A DNA stretch of 61,748 bases, filler included, from Choristocarpus tenellus KU-1152 (Eukaryota; Protista; Phaeophyceae): the NCBI GenBank assembly GCA_964200185.2. It is 10 parts of 10 records of this genome, joined end to end, with 100 filler letters (N's around TTAATTAATTAA, not from the genome) between each part and the next. Parts side by side here need not be neighbours in the genome. Positions count along the whole stretch, not along the records: positions 23,582 to 32,770 come from CAXNAD020003894.1; positions 32,871 to 41,076 come from CAXNAD020004998.1; 8 more parts are not named here. The stretch is one strand, 5' to 3'. The stretch's first letter is position 1; each line of letters begins with the position of its first letter. A program made the position numbers and the translations under genes. The notes beneath the pieces were generated by a model, which saw nothing but the letters and a program-made list of their open reading frames with translations, searched no databases and was not told the DNA's origin. This document shows positions 27,225 through 38,879 of this stretch, one piece after another.

Positions 27225-27480
27225 GAGACAAGGTATCTTAGAGGGTAAAGCTGCGTCCATTTGGGGCCCACATTCCAATGTTGCGATTTTGATGTAATTT
27301 TGGCTATCGTGTTTGTTAGGAATTGTCCACATCCTTACTCCAAACACACCATTTCATAACGTATATTTACCTACTTTGATATATTTTCGATTAGGAAAGT
27401 GTCAGAAAATAACCCATGGGAAGTCAAGGCCCAAACGGACAAACAGGGAAAAACTCGTACCCTCTGAGATACTTTCACTC
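27225..27480 (+). mobile_element. MITE family A (about 256 bp, Sola-like), nested in the CRE remnant
   Basis: TIRs GAGACAAGGTATCTTAGAGGGTA and TACCCTCTGAGATACTTTCACTC. Flanks are GCAT/ACAT. Removing the element and one TSD copy restores the host codons T-R-H-A-R. Confidence 0.85.
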
Positions 27481-27984
27481 ACATGTCTGGTGTCTACATT
27501 GTGTCTCACGCAACTAGTCACTTGGCACCTGTTTGATAAGGCCTCCTCTCTCCCTAGGGATCTGCTGGCAGTGAGTTTGAACTCATCGGGGGAGATCTGG
27601 CATGCCAGCTCCAGGGGTTGCGTTGAGGCTCATGCATTTGCCCCTTGTCTACACTGGCTCCGGTGGTGTGCCAGGGCTATCAAAGAACATTCCTTCCCTT
27701 GCTCCACTTCATCAGGTAAGGCAGCCAGTTGCGTGATCATTATCGTATATTTAACATCTTTAGTGTTACTATTTGTATTCGAAATTGTTTGTAGGAATTG
27801 TCCCAAAAAAGGTGATCAAAAGTTCTACACACTACACTATTACCACAATCCACAAAGTGCAAAATTAGTGAGTAGATGTAAGAACCAGTGCCAGACGCTA
27901 AAATTCTAGGTAATCTGAATATCCTTTTAGTGAGTGTTCGTCCCTCTCACACTCACTATCATTTCTCGAAAGCATGTTTTTAGA

Positions 27985-28244
27985 GAGAGAAAGTATCTTT
28001 GGTACGAGTTTTGCCTTGTTTGTCCATTTAGGGCTTGACTTTCCTTAGAGTTTTTTGATGACGTTTTCCTACTACTACGAAATATTTCAGAGTAGGTAAT
28101 ATGTATACGTTATGAGAAGGTGTGTCTGGAACAAGGATATTGACACTTCCTAACAAGCACGATAGCCAAAATTACATCAAAATCGCAACATTGGATTTTG
28201 GTCCCCAAATGGACGCGGCTCTACCCTCCAAGATAATTTGGATC
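27985..28244 (-). mobile_element. MITE family A copy
   Basis: Reverse-orientation copy of the same internal sequence, with a perfect 4-bp TSD TAGA/TAGA. Confidence 0.85.
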
Positions 28245-29116
28245 TAGATGTGTTCGCAACAGTGATGAATGGTTGCACTCACTAACTTAAATTTCTTGGG
28301 GGTTGAAATCAGATTGATGACATAATAGACGTCTTCAATACGTTGTAGCAAGTCGTGTTTCTCGGATTGTATCAATTACCGTACGGAAGGCCACTCCGTC
28401 TTGACCGTAGTTAAGACTGAGGTTGACCGATCGCTGGCATTGACTTGTCCCAACAGAACCTACTCGTCAAGAGAAACACAATGGTGATCACCACCCCCAA
28501 CAATTCGTCCATTGAAAGGATATCATTTGACCAAGATAGTAAACATCTCCACGGCTGATATATTTAGTTGGTCCATCAGTCATCACTACTACTGTTGTTT
28601 TCATAACGTTAGTACTTCTCACACAAACTTCTGACTAACTGGTTGGATTGTACTTCCTGCGTTCTTGCTTTACTTCTCAACTGTTGGGTTCAGCTCCTCC
28701 CTCAACTCTTCTGCTGGTCCAAGGGTGGACTCCCCACTCCCCTCCCGAAGTTACCACTTCGATCTTGGTCCGGTATTTTTTGTGATTCACAGATAAGATA
28801 TCCCTTTGTGCTTGGTGCTATGTGGAATTCAGATATTCGAAACCAGATTTCCGAAAAAGGAGGTCTGGAATAGAAGAGATTCGAACCCAGACAAAGAAGG
28901 TAAAATTGACTTCTTCACTATCCCACATTGTGGTGATATAGTCAATGTTTCTTACTATTATTATTTCATATAAACAAGGAAACAAGTGAGTCAAGGTTTG
29001 TCCACATACCAATTCGCAATCGTATATCACCCCTACGATACAACAATGTTAGTACTAGTTTTGTTGTGAGTTGGTACCTTAAATTGGTTGTAGTTGGCAC
29101 TCTCTGCCTGTCACCT

Positions 29117-31151
29117 ATGGCCTCCGTTGGCGTCGGGAGTGAACCTCCAGCTACCCTGACGCAGCCCGCAGGAGTGACATCCCCGCGATTAGTGATCCAA
29201 AATGTTACCGCTTCGGTGAATGTACACATCAGGCTTGACCTAGGCACTATCACAGCAAGAGTAAAAAATGCCGAGTATAACCCAAGGAAACTGCCAGCAG
29301 TGGTGAGTAATACCTTTACCTAACCCGAAAGCCATCGTTTCATAAGTTAGCGTAAATTTTCTTCTCTCAGCGTGATCTGACAAGAGTTCTATTCCCCAAC
29401 ACCTCGACCTGTAGGTGATGAGGATACGCGAGCCCAAAGTGACCGCCCTCCTTTTCACCTCCGGAAAGGTAGTCGTGACGGGTGCACCAGGGATCGAGGC
29501 GGCAAAGCAGGCGGCGAGGAAGTTTGTGGGGATAATAGAGAATCTGGGCTACAAGCCAGCATTCCTGTGAGAATAGAGAGGCAAATTATGTCTTTGTAGT
29601 CATCCTTTTGAATTTTGAGGAAGTTTACTTGTCTTACGTACTGGACGTTGTTTTAGAGTCTCTTGCCAATCGAAGTTCTTACTCTGTCAAAGGGGATGGT
29701 GAGTTTGATGTTCCCTGACCCAACTGATGTTACTTCAGCAACCCTTGACTTTTCCTCTAGTTTGGAAACGGTACTTGCCTACCACTCTCATCAATCGAAC
29801 TTTAAATGTGAGCTTCATGCTCCAGGGACATTGAGTTGCAGTGAGTCCCCTTGCACCTGATTGCTCTCGTCTCACATGGGTGCCTGCATCTCTCCACAGA
29901 GGCTTTACCATTCAGAACATGGTGGCTACAGCAGAGATCGGATTTCCTATCAGCTTGGAGCGCCTTGTTTATGCACATTCAAGGTGAGTTGTAACATTAA
30001 TAGAGTGTTTCCTCTGTCTAGGTAAAAATTAGCTGAAGTTAGATGTTGAACGTGTAGACTCCTTTCCCACTCAGGTCCTGGTAGCCCTATTCGATTTCAG
30101 CCTTTTGTGCTTTGCACTTTGCAAAAATGGATTTGTAAGCCCTGATCCCTTTGCATGCTTGAAGGTCGATTAGATGAACAGATTGACAGAGTGCTACTTG
30201 TTTGTGTGTTGTAGATCTGGGTGAAGACTTGTTTTCCCTATGCTTTAATGCAAACACACACACACACACACACTATGACAGCATTGAAGAGTGTTACCTC
30301 TTACCACTTTTGGAATTATTTGGACAAAAGCCTGTGTACAGTGGTAGGGAGATCTGTTAATTTGTCAAGAGTATTTTCCCAACCACAGCCTTACTCAAGA
30401 GCGTTGTGACAATGCAAGAATCCTTTTGACCATCATGAATGTGAGCAATGTTGTCTCTTCCCTGGAGCATGCCAATCAATACCCAAACTTATCTTCCCTC
30501 CTTCTCCTCCCCTTCCTGTCCCTTCAAACATGAAGTAGTGTGTAGCCTTTTAAGTAGTCAATCAAAACTTCCCACCTAAGAAGAGAATAGTGTTGTCTCT
30601 GTTCTTGGGTGCTCAAGCACACCACCGATGCATGAAACTACCATGTTGTCAATGCTTTCCACTCTCACCTAACATGGGGTCAAAACCCAGAACTAAGCCC
30701 TCCCTACAACCCCCAAACACTACCTTCTTGTTCAGGGTGTGCTCTTATGAACCCGAACTGTTCCCAGGTGTGATATTCCGTGTCTCCCGAGTGAGGGTGG
30801 TGGCTCACATCTTCCTGTCAGGAAGGGTGAGTCCGTGACTTGAATGCATTAGCACTGATTAGTGCTAGGTGATCCCTCTATTGCACCGCCTTGCCCGCAA
30901 AGCAAAAAAACTATGCATGACTTCTGTAAGGGAGATTTAAATTGTCCCAATTAATTGGGCTCCTTTTTAGTTGGAATTTTTATTTTTATTTTTTCTGTGT
31001 GCAACAGATATTGTGACCCCTATTGACCTCATCCTTTTTTTTTTCTTCTTTACAACAGGGTTCTTTCTACCTGTGCACCAATCACACGCTTCACGGTATC
31101 CCAATTCAGGATATAGAGACAGAAGAATCCACACCGCCCCAAAAAATGATG

Positions 31152-31185
<34 letters not shown>

Positions 31186-31590
31186 TATCATAATATATGT
31201 ATGTATGATAAAATTTTTAAGTGCACCATTAAATTGTTCTAGTTCTCGCCAGGGCGACTGTCTTGTCCTACTGTCTGACTCTCTGGCCCCAACAACACCG
31301 CGGCAAATGATTTGATCATTTGTAGCCCTCAGCAAGCACACATTATTAGCCGTGTTCCTCCACCCTATTAGCCCTCTCTGCATGCCACGACAACGCAACA
31401 ACAGGTGGTACTGACTGGAGCAAAGGTGGTAGATCACCTCCAGGCAGCACTGGCGCACATCACACCAATCCTGCATCAGTACAGGGCTATGGGCGCTGAC
31501 GGGAAGCCTACGCCAATGCCAACGCCATCCAGCCTGTCACGCAGCTGTAGCCGCAGTCGCACCATGTCCTTGGACGTGAATGATATATAA
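29117..31590 (+). CDS. TBP: TATA-box binding protein family member (divergent TBP or TBP-like factor), complete, 5 exons
   Basis: Exons 29117-29302, 29415-29566, 29900-29983, 30736-30826 and 31405-31590 are all GT-AG and phase-consistent. Repeat 1: IQNVTASVN...LDL...[36 protein letters not shown]. Repeat 2: FTIQNMVAT...FPISLERL...SYEPELFPGVIFR...IFLSGRVVLTGAK. Confidence 0.95.
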
Positions 31591-34500
31591 CTAAGCAGCT
31601 GGATGTCTGTCGTACTCACAGTACCTCCTTGTAGCTGTGGGGAGAGTACCATTGTATTTCTTTGCACCGTGTGTGAGTACAACTCATGTCAATAGACCTT
31701 ACAAACATTACCTGTTCTTGTGTTAGGAAACGTTATCTGTAGATACTACCAATAGATGTAGGCAATCTGGAGGAGGACTCCAAGTGCACCACGCGCTGTC
31801 CAGTCTCCTTTTCTTGCCATAAGAATGTTCTGCTGTTGATGTTTCTTAGAGAACTGTCAACGAGCCTGCCTGTATTTCCGCTGCCTCCTGTGATAGGACG
31901 CTCGTCCTAGTTTTTTACTTTACTTTGCTCACTCACAACTCAACCCGGATAAAAACCACAGGAGCGTCAAATCACTGCGTGTCAACCTTTTTTTCTTCTT
32001 TATGTTTGCCATAGTAAACGCAGCACAACTGAAAAAAAAATTGTTTGAAGTGATCCGCACTACTGGAAATACTCCTATATCCACGTGTTATCAAACGTTG
32101 AACTTAGAATGCAATGATAATTGTTTGACCATATACATACAGCATGTCATACCAATGATTTAGGGTAGCTTTTCTTAGTAACAGCACTTTGCACCCTTCA
32201 AGTGCATGGCAAAACCACCCCATATTGCGCCCCCCTGCTACGATTACCTTAGAATCAAAACGAACTCGCACCAAGGAACTGCATGAACTAACTCCATGTG
32301 GATAGACCAAGCGCTGTGAAACACACAACTTAGACCTATCAAAGGAAATGCCATGACACCATGCATTCATGCACACCACAGGTATATTCTACATGACGAA
32401 AGCGCTACGAGATCTTGCAGTCAACACAAAAAATAAAACTTCCAAAAAATATACCATGCAAAGTACTCACTAATTTATGAAGCAGTGTATACAGATTGTA
32501 GAAACAGGCCACCAAGCACCAATGTAGATCTCAGTGATGTTGACTATAAAGGCTCACCTTGCCAGCCAGGACCTCACCCCACAGTAAATAACAATCTAAT
32601 CTGTACTCTCAATAAATGTGAGGCTTTGCTCAAAATATTGTAAAACTAGCCCATGCAACAGCACCATTTCACCACGCATATTGACAATACCTGCCCCCTC
32701 CCCCTCCACGCATACATGATTCCAAGGCCTATCTAGAGGCAACAACGTCAACTGGATCATTTTGTCTTGCNNNNNNNNNNNNNNNNNNNNNNNNNNNNNN
32801 NNNNNNNNNNNNNNTTAATTAATTAANNNNNNNNNNNNNNNNNNNNNNNNNNNNNNNNNNNNNNNNNNNNCCCACCACCCACCCCCCCCCACAACCCCCC
32901 CCCCCCCCCCCCTCAGATACTTTGATCTAGAACTTTAAATACAAGCAATGCAATACAAAAGAATCAATACACATTTATTTGATCAAAGACACTGGATTCT
33001 CTGCTTTTCCTTGGGTTAACGAACATGCAATCTAAGGTCTTATCGACCTAACCTCCTTCATACCCCTCCTACACCCAGTATACATACAACATAGTACTAT
33101 AGATAACATGCAAGAAATGTTTACTATCAAGTTGTTCAAGACCTCACCGCATAAAATATGTGCATCATTCAAGTACACATGTGGTCGTTGTAATTTTTTG
33201 GGGCTTTATTGATTCCGTCCTTCATATATGTTCTTACATGTCTCATTAACACCAATATTGCAATTATTCGCCAATACTGTGCAAATACGCATGCTGGAGT
33301 TGTGTCAGGAAAGATTGGGGATTATGATAATAATAAATGTTATTTAATGCAGCAGATTGGGTAGGAGAAACGTGTGGAAATCAATGCAAAGTCGAAATAA
33401 AGGAGATGTGCCCAGAGTTCCATTTTAAGGACGCCGCAAATATTTCGAAAATTCTTTATTTTTCGAAAATGTGTACAGAATATTTTCGGAATTTGTGTCG
33501 AAAAGTATGAAACAATAGAGAAACCAACCCTCTCAAGTCAAAATTAACACTTCACCCATAGAAATTGGGTGAACTGCAAGAGATTGAAAAACTAGCTATT
33601 AATGCAAAACGGTCAAAACTAGGTACATCTCGTTCATTTTGACTCACAAACACTACACTACAGTACCATGTCAAATCAAGCTAATGTGATGCACTTGCCC
33701 TGCAATGTGCAATACCCTCACCAACCTTGTTGTCAGCACTGCCGTTCAATTCCTATTATTTGTCCTGGCATGTACTCTATTTTTGAATCTCCTTCAGGTC
33801 TTGCATCTTAACGCTACTGGTCACAATCTTTGAAGAGAGAATAACTCCATATCACATAGGATGTACCCTCGGGCAGACTTACACCAAATGGTTTGGCAAT
33901 TTGAGGAACATGTAATGTACACAAACAAACCGCCCACCTTTGTTCCTGTCAAATTCTAAACTTGACATTGACAATGAGATTGCAGCACTGAGACTCCTGA
34001 GCATTGGAAAGACAGGGCCAAGAAGGAAAAAGTATATATATTTTTTTGTGAAGTTTCAGGAAGTATTTATTTATACAGCGTTAATCTAGAGTCAGTTGAA
34101 CCTATTTATTTAGTGCTGTGAGTCGAAAGAATTTATTAAGACAAGATAGGTGGGTTCAATAAAATTCGAAGCACTTGATTATAACTGTGCTGTGCGCAAA
34201 GTAAAAGGTTCCCTAGCTGGTGAGTTCCCTACAGGGGACATTTTATTAAGGTACTCTTCATTTCCATGCTCTTTTCCCCAGAAGTAGATACACTTTGATG
34301 TGATGTCTGAGAGTCTTTTCATCATACGTATGTTGTGCTGAAGAAGGGACTAAGAGTTATCAGGATACCCCAAAATCAGATGTTTATAGTTTATACAACA
34401 AATGTAATGCATTTGATCTGTTTGGGTAGGTACCTGAATGTATTTGTGCCTGCACATTGTTACTGCTTTAGCCTTCTGGCGGTATCGTTTCTGTTGCCCT

Positions 34501-36274
34501 TGTTGGCAGCCTGCAGTGCATCCACCTTCATCCAAGTGCTTGCGAAGGAAGACAAGGAGCTGCTCATAATGGGTTCAGTCTGCTCGTTTTTTAGTCACAA
34601 TATTCCCAGCTGTTGAGAACGTGTGCTCAATAATGGAAAAAATGAGGCAGGCAAGTTTGACTAGGCACAGTGATTTTGAGCTCTACTCCCGCCACCACTT
34701 GACCCAGTTGTTGTAAGCTCCACTGTCCATATCAATTGTTGGGAACCCCCTCATATAGCCTTGAAGGTACCAACTTCGACATGTAGCATTTCCTTGATGT
34801 GCTTCCTCACGTTGTGTGTGCTCCTATATCCCACTACCACCTGCTGAACTTCCACCACATCTTGCAAGGGAAGCTCTTACAAACCTCTCATGTCATTTAC
34901 GGGAGGGCTGTCCCTGCATATGATGGACAGTAGTGGATGTGAGCTTTTTTCCACCACTGAACCGTGTTCAGCCTCCTGTACTCTGTGCTCCTCCTCCACA
35001 ATGCCTAGAACTTCCATGTCCATCTGCCTGCAAATGCCTTCGTCATGCTCATTCTCTGAAATAGTGTAACAATTTTGGTTGTGGGGTCTAGACAAGTAGC
35101 CAGGACCTGTTTCTACGTTCCAACCCTCTGGACTCGCCTGTTCTCACCCTTACCTGGAGTATTGGACAATATTCCTCCCTGTACCAAGTTGTTGATATAA
35201 TCAGATAATGTAACACTGGTATACACAATTTTCCACCTGTTTAGGGTTTAGGGTCAGGGTTGTGAAGACGCTGCAGGCTTGCGCTGCTTTCTCCGGCTCC
35301 ACTCATTCACATAGATAATGGGGACAATTAGAAACGCTCCCACACATGTCATGTGAAAGAAGAAGGAACGGTGTTTGTGTGATAGATGTCAATATTTTAT
35401 TATTACACAAGAGACATTGCATACAGCTTTGTCAACAGGTTTGACGAGTGATAAGGTGACTTCTTTACTTCCTTCCTCCAAGAAGCATTTCTAATTTCTG
35501 TTTTTGCATTCCTACTCCAACTGCTTGCCTCTCACGAAATGCCAACATATGCTGCAGGTGAATGTTCTCTTGAAGAATGGTGACAGGTTTGAGGTACAGG
35601 AAGCGGTCTACAACGGAATGGGTGGATCGCCAACGAGTGAGTATACATCCTGCATCACTTTCTTCTGCTTAATTCTCAACATCCTCCACATCTCCTCCAA
35701 GCAATTCTTGCACTGACTAGACTTTAAATAGAGAAATACCAATAACTGCCCAAGCTGATTTCACGACACCATTTACCACTTCCCTGCTGAACGCTATACT
35801 ACTCACGCATTCCAAATGCAGATCTACGCAGTGGTGGGTCGTGATAGAGTGGTCCTCCTCCAGCAAGCGGCCCATCTTGCTCAAATCAAGAATGACCAGT
35901 GATGACACACATTCTCCCTTCAAGGGTTAGATTTAGTTCTGCGTCTTGATCTCACCATTGACCTTCCTTGCCATAATCTTCCACATGCGGAAGGGCATAT
36001 CCTGCAGATGATCCAACATCATATTCGTACAGGTGCCCCCCCTTACGATCTTAAGGGTACCTGGGCGCATTCACCGCTTACTATGCAGTCCTAGATACGA
36101 ATATGGTGTTTGGATGGTTGGTTCTGTACCTTTGTTTCTTCCTCTCCTAAACATTCCAGGGAAGAAAAAAATAAAATAACTGAATAATCGGTCCTATAGT
36201 TTTCTGTTTCAATTAAATTGTGATTTAGTCGAAGCGGATTGATTCAATAAACTACAATTCGCAACACTATATTT

Positions 36275-36530
36275 GAGTGAAAGTATCTTAGAGGGTACGA
36301 GTTTTGCCAGGTTTGTCCGTTTGGGGCTTGGCTTCCCACGGTTTATTATAACATTTTCCTACTCCAAAATGTTTCAGAGTAGGTAGATGTATACGTTATG
36401 AAAATGTGTGTCCAGAACAAGAGCATTGACACTTTCCAAACAACACGAAAGCCAAAATCACATCAAAATCATAACATTGGATTCTGGCCCCCAAATGGAC
36501 ACGACTCTACCCTCTAAGATACGTTGACTC
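36275..36530 (-). mobile_element. MITE family A copy
   Basis: TIRs GAGTGAAAGTATCTTAGAGGGTA and TACCCTCTAAGATACGTTGACTC, with TSD ATTT/ATTT. Confidence 0.88.
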
Positions 36531-36584
36531 ATTTCTTTCCTTTCCCCTCCAAGAAGTGTCCACAAACCAACTCTACAACCTTCT

Positions 36585-38879
36585 TTACACTTGGTCTTCC
36601 AAGGGTTCCAGAGGAGGGGCTGTGGTCGGTCTTCCTGCCCTGATAGGGCTTGGGCACCGCATGAAGTCCCATCCACCTAGAGGCACATCTTGTGGTGGTG
36701 GTGGAGGTCGGAAATGCTCTGCCCGCATTGATTGTGCCGCTGTGTTTGTCTCAAGCACTGGTCGCCTTCAAACAAAATGAATAACCATGTCTATGTGAGG
36801 AGGTTGTGTGAGCAAACTGAGTAAACGTATATGCAGTTAGGGGGTTGCAGACAGATGGTAACACTCACATCGCTTAAATTGATTCGCTCTGAGTATACAA
36901 TGACTGCACACAACGTCCCATGCCATCATATTACACTAGTGTAATTGATTGGTACATGAACGATATGGATAGGATAGCAAAGTGTCATTAGGGTGACATC
37001 AGTGTAAAGTAACCAATCGAATTTCTGTGGAGTATACTGCTATAGACCACTGACATTCCAGCAATTGGTCATGGTGGATAGTAGATCTATATTCACCTCT
37101 TCTCGATTGCCCTCCTGAGGCTGTTGAGGCGGTAAAAAGAAGCCTCCTCATACCTGATTGAGATTGTGCAAAGAGGCAGGGCAATAAAATCATAATGGTC
37201 ATGTCCAGGTGAATGATGAAGAGTCCACACCTGATACTATTTTTTTCCAGCGCTGTTGTGACATCCCAAATGCTGCAGGAAAATTTGAAGGGCCAATGTC
37301 CTTAAACTTTGTTGAATCCAGTACCTCTTTCCAACTAAAGTACACACACTGATCTGAGCTTCGTAAATGCCATGCGTGCCTTCCTGCTCCTGTTAGAGTT
37401 GATATGGGTAAATTTTCCCACTGTCAAGTGTCTTCCACAATCCCAAAAAACACACTATCCATCCCTGACACCCTAACCTTATTTATTCTTGAAGGTAGTT
37501 AGTATACAGAAAAAATGTGAAGAGTGGCTAAGTATATACTCTAGAAAATATGTATTGTGGGTAGAATTGAGGAGTTGTATGCTGGACCACTCCCTTGATC
37601 AATAGGATTGTCATTTGTAAAAAAGGAAACAACAAAATAACAGTCATGAGTTTATGGTAAATGGGAAGAGAAATCTTGATAGGCTGTTGAGGTCAAGCAC
37701 CGCAAAAAGAATTGTGACCATGTCCAGATTATGTGCAGATGGTGCTTTTGTGTAGAGAGTGGTTACACATCTGATATCCGTGGCACATTGTGAGGAGAAT
37801 AATTCTTGATAAGATGAGGTAAATAAACTGATATGTTGTAGTCCATGACAAACACTTTTTCCGATGCAAATATTCCACATACACCGAAACAGCTACAGAC
37901 TCTCACCATGATACTCACATCTCCCTTAAAAGCATATTATCAAATGGGAGGTTGCCACTCCTCAGGAACTGGAGGATGAAACGAAATATCCACCTGTGTG
38001 CACCAAATCGAGACCAAACAATAGCAAGGTGATAATGCACACACTTGTGCCCCTTCGGATGCTTGCCCTTGGTAAAAGGAACAATGATCGAGAAGAAAAT
38101 TTAGGAACGCAAGAGCAAGTGCGCAGATGATGTTGGCAAGTTCCTCAAGTATTTTTTTATTCTGTTGACAGACACACTCTTCGGCATCATGAAACTCATC
38201 ACGCCTTGTGCCTGAGCTTTAGGTGCGATCCTGATCGTTTCTGTGCGCTTCTATAGCGACTTTTTTTCGCAATTGTAAGCCGCATGCTCACTAGGCTCAT
38301 AGCCTAGGAGCAATATCAAGGATCCTCTGCATACAAGCAAGTCAAACTCCAGAAGTATATCTCACCAGTCTCGATCTAAGAAGAACACCCCGTCATCGCC
38401 CTTGGCAATCAATGGGGTGGATTTGCAAAGACCTGAGAGGAGTGAGTACCTATCCCGACACAGAACCCCTGCAGTTGTCTCGAACAAGTGACCCCCCACG
38501 TTGAGGAGAATGCGTTCTGACGGTGGGAGGAAGTCAAAGCTTGCCTCTTTCTCAAAACTGCAACGGGAGAAACGTGTAGCATACAAATACGTCAATTATC
38601 TCATGAATCACACCTACACGCTAACCCTGTAGAATCGAGGTAAGAGCGACGAACAACTTGTTTAGTATGCGAGATCCATAATCCAGTGGAAGGTAATATG
38701 TGGGAGTCACCCAGCGACGATACTTACGCTTGCCGCGCCTCTTGGTTGGCTTTGTGCATGGCGGATATCTTCTTCCAGATGTCTTGCAGTCTCCGCCGCT
38801 CCATCACTATCCCCTGTTCCTCGTCCTCTAATTGATCCCACAACTTCCTCACATGCGGGTCTACCATCTGGTTGGGCAT
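36585..38879 (-). CDS. BTB/POZ (K+ channel tetramerisation type, KCTD-like) domain protein
   Basis: Exons 38879-38728, 38557-38366, 37993-37919, 37153-37097 and a probable last exon 36765-36585 (weak AAG acceptor). The translation contains RILLNVGGHLFETT...L...SLL...GVFFLDRDWWIFRFILQFLRSGNLP...LREMYEEASFYRL, the BTB_2/T1 consensus. Confidence 0.88.

Larger units (their letters stand above)
26510..27740 (-). mobile_element. Decayed CRE/R2-type non-LTR retrotransposon, 3' part (zinc finger plus restriction-like endonuclease), with two nested insertions
   Basis: Reconstructed frame: ALAHHRSQCRQGANA*..P...EFKLTASRSLGREE..RC..C..DTRH[MITE]ARTC..G..QH...FRIDLV...LLDVT...AAAAAEV*..HYKG...FEVES[TTAGGG insert]FGNLGKKADGFLDELA...RLRQIVSV. 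The R.D, DVT, HY and VESFG.LG motifs are those of the REL endonuclease. In-frame stops are present. Confidence 0.8.

Noticed and set aside
27313-27909. 198-aa plus-strand ORF
   Set aside because: It is a chance frame across a MITE and the antisense strand of the CRE remnant.
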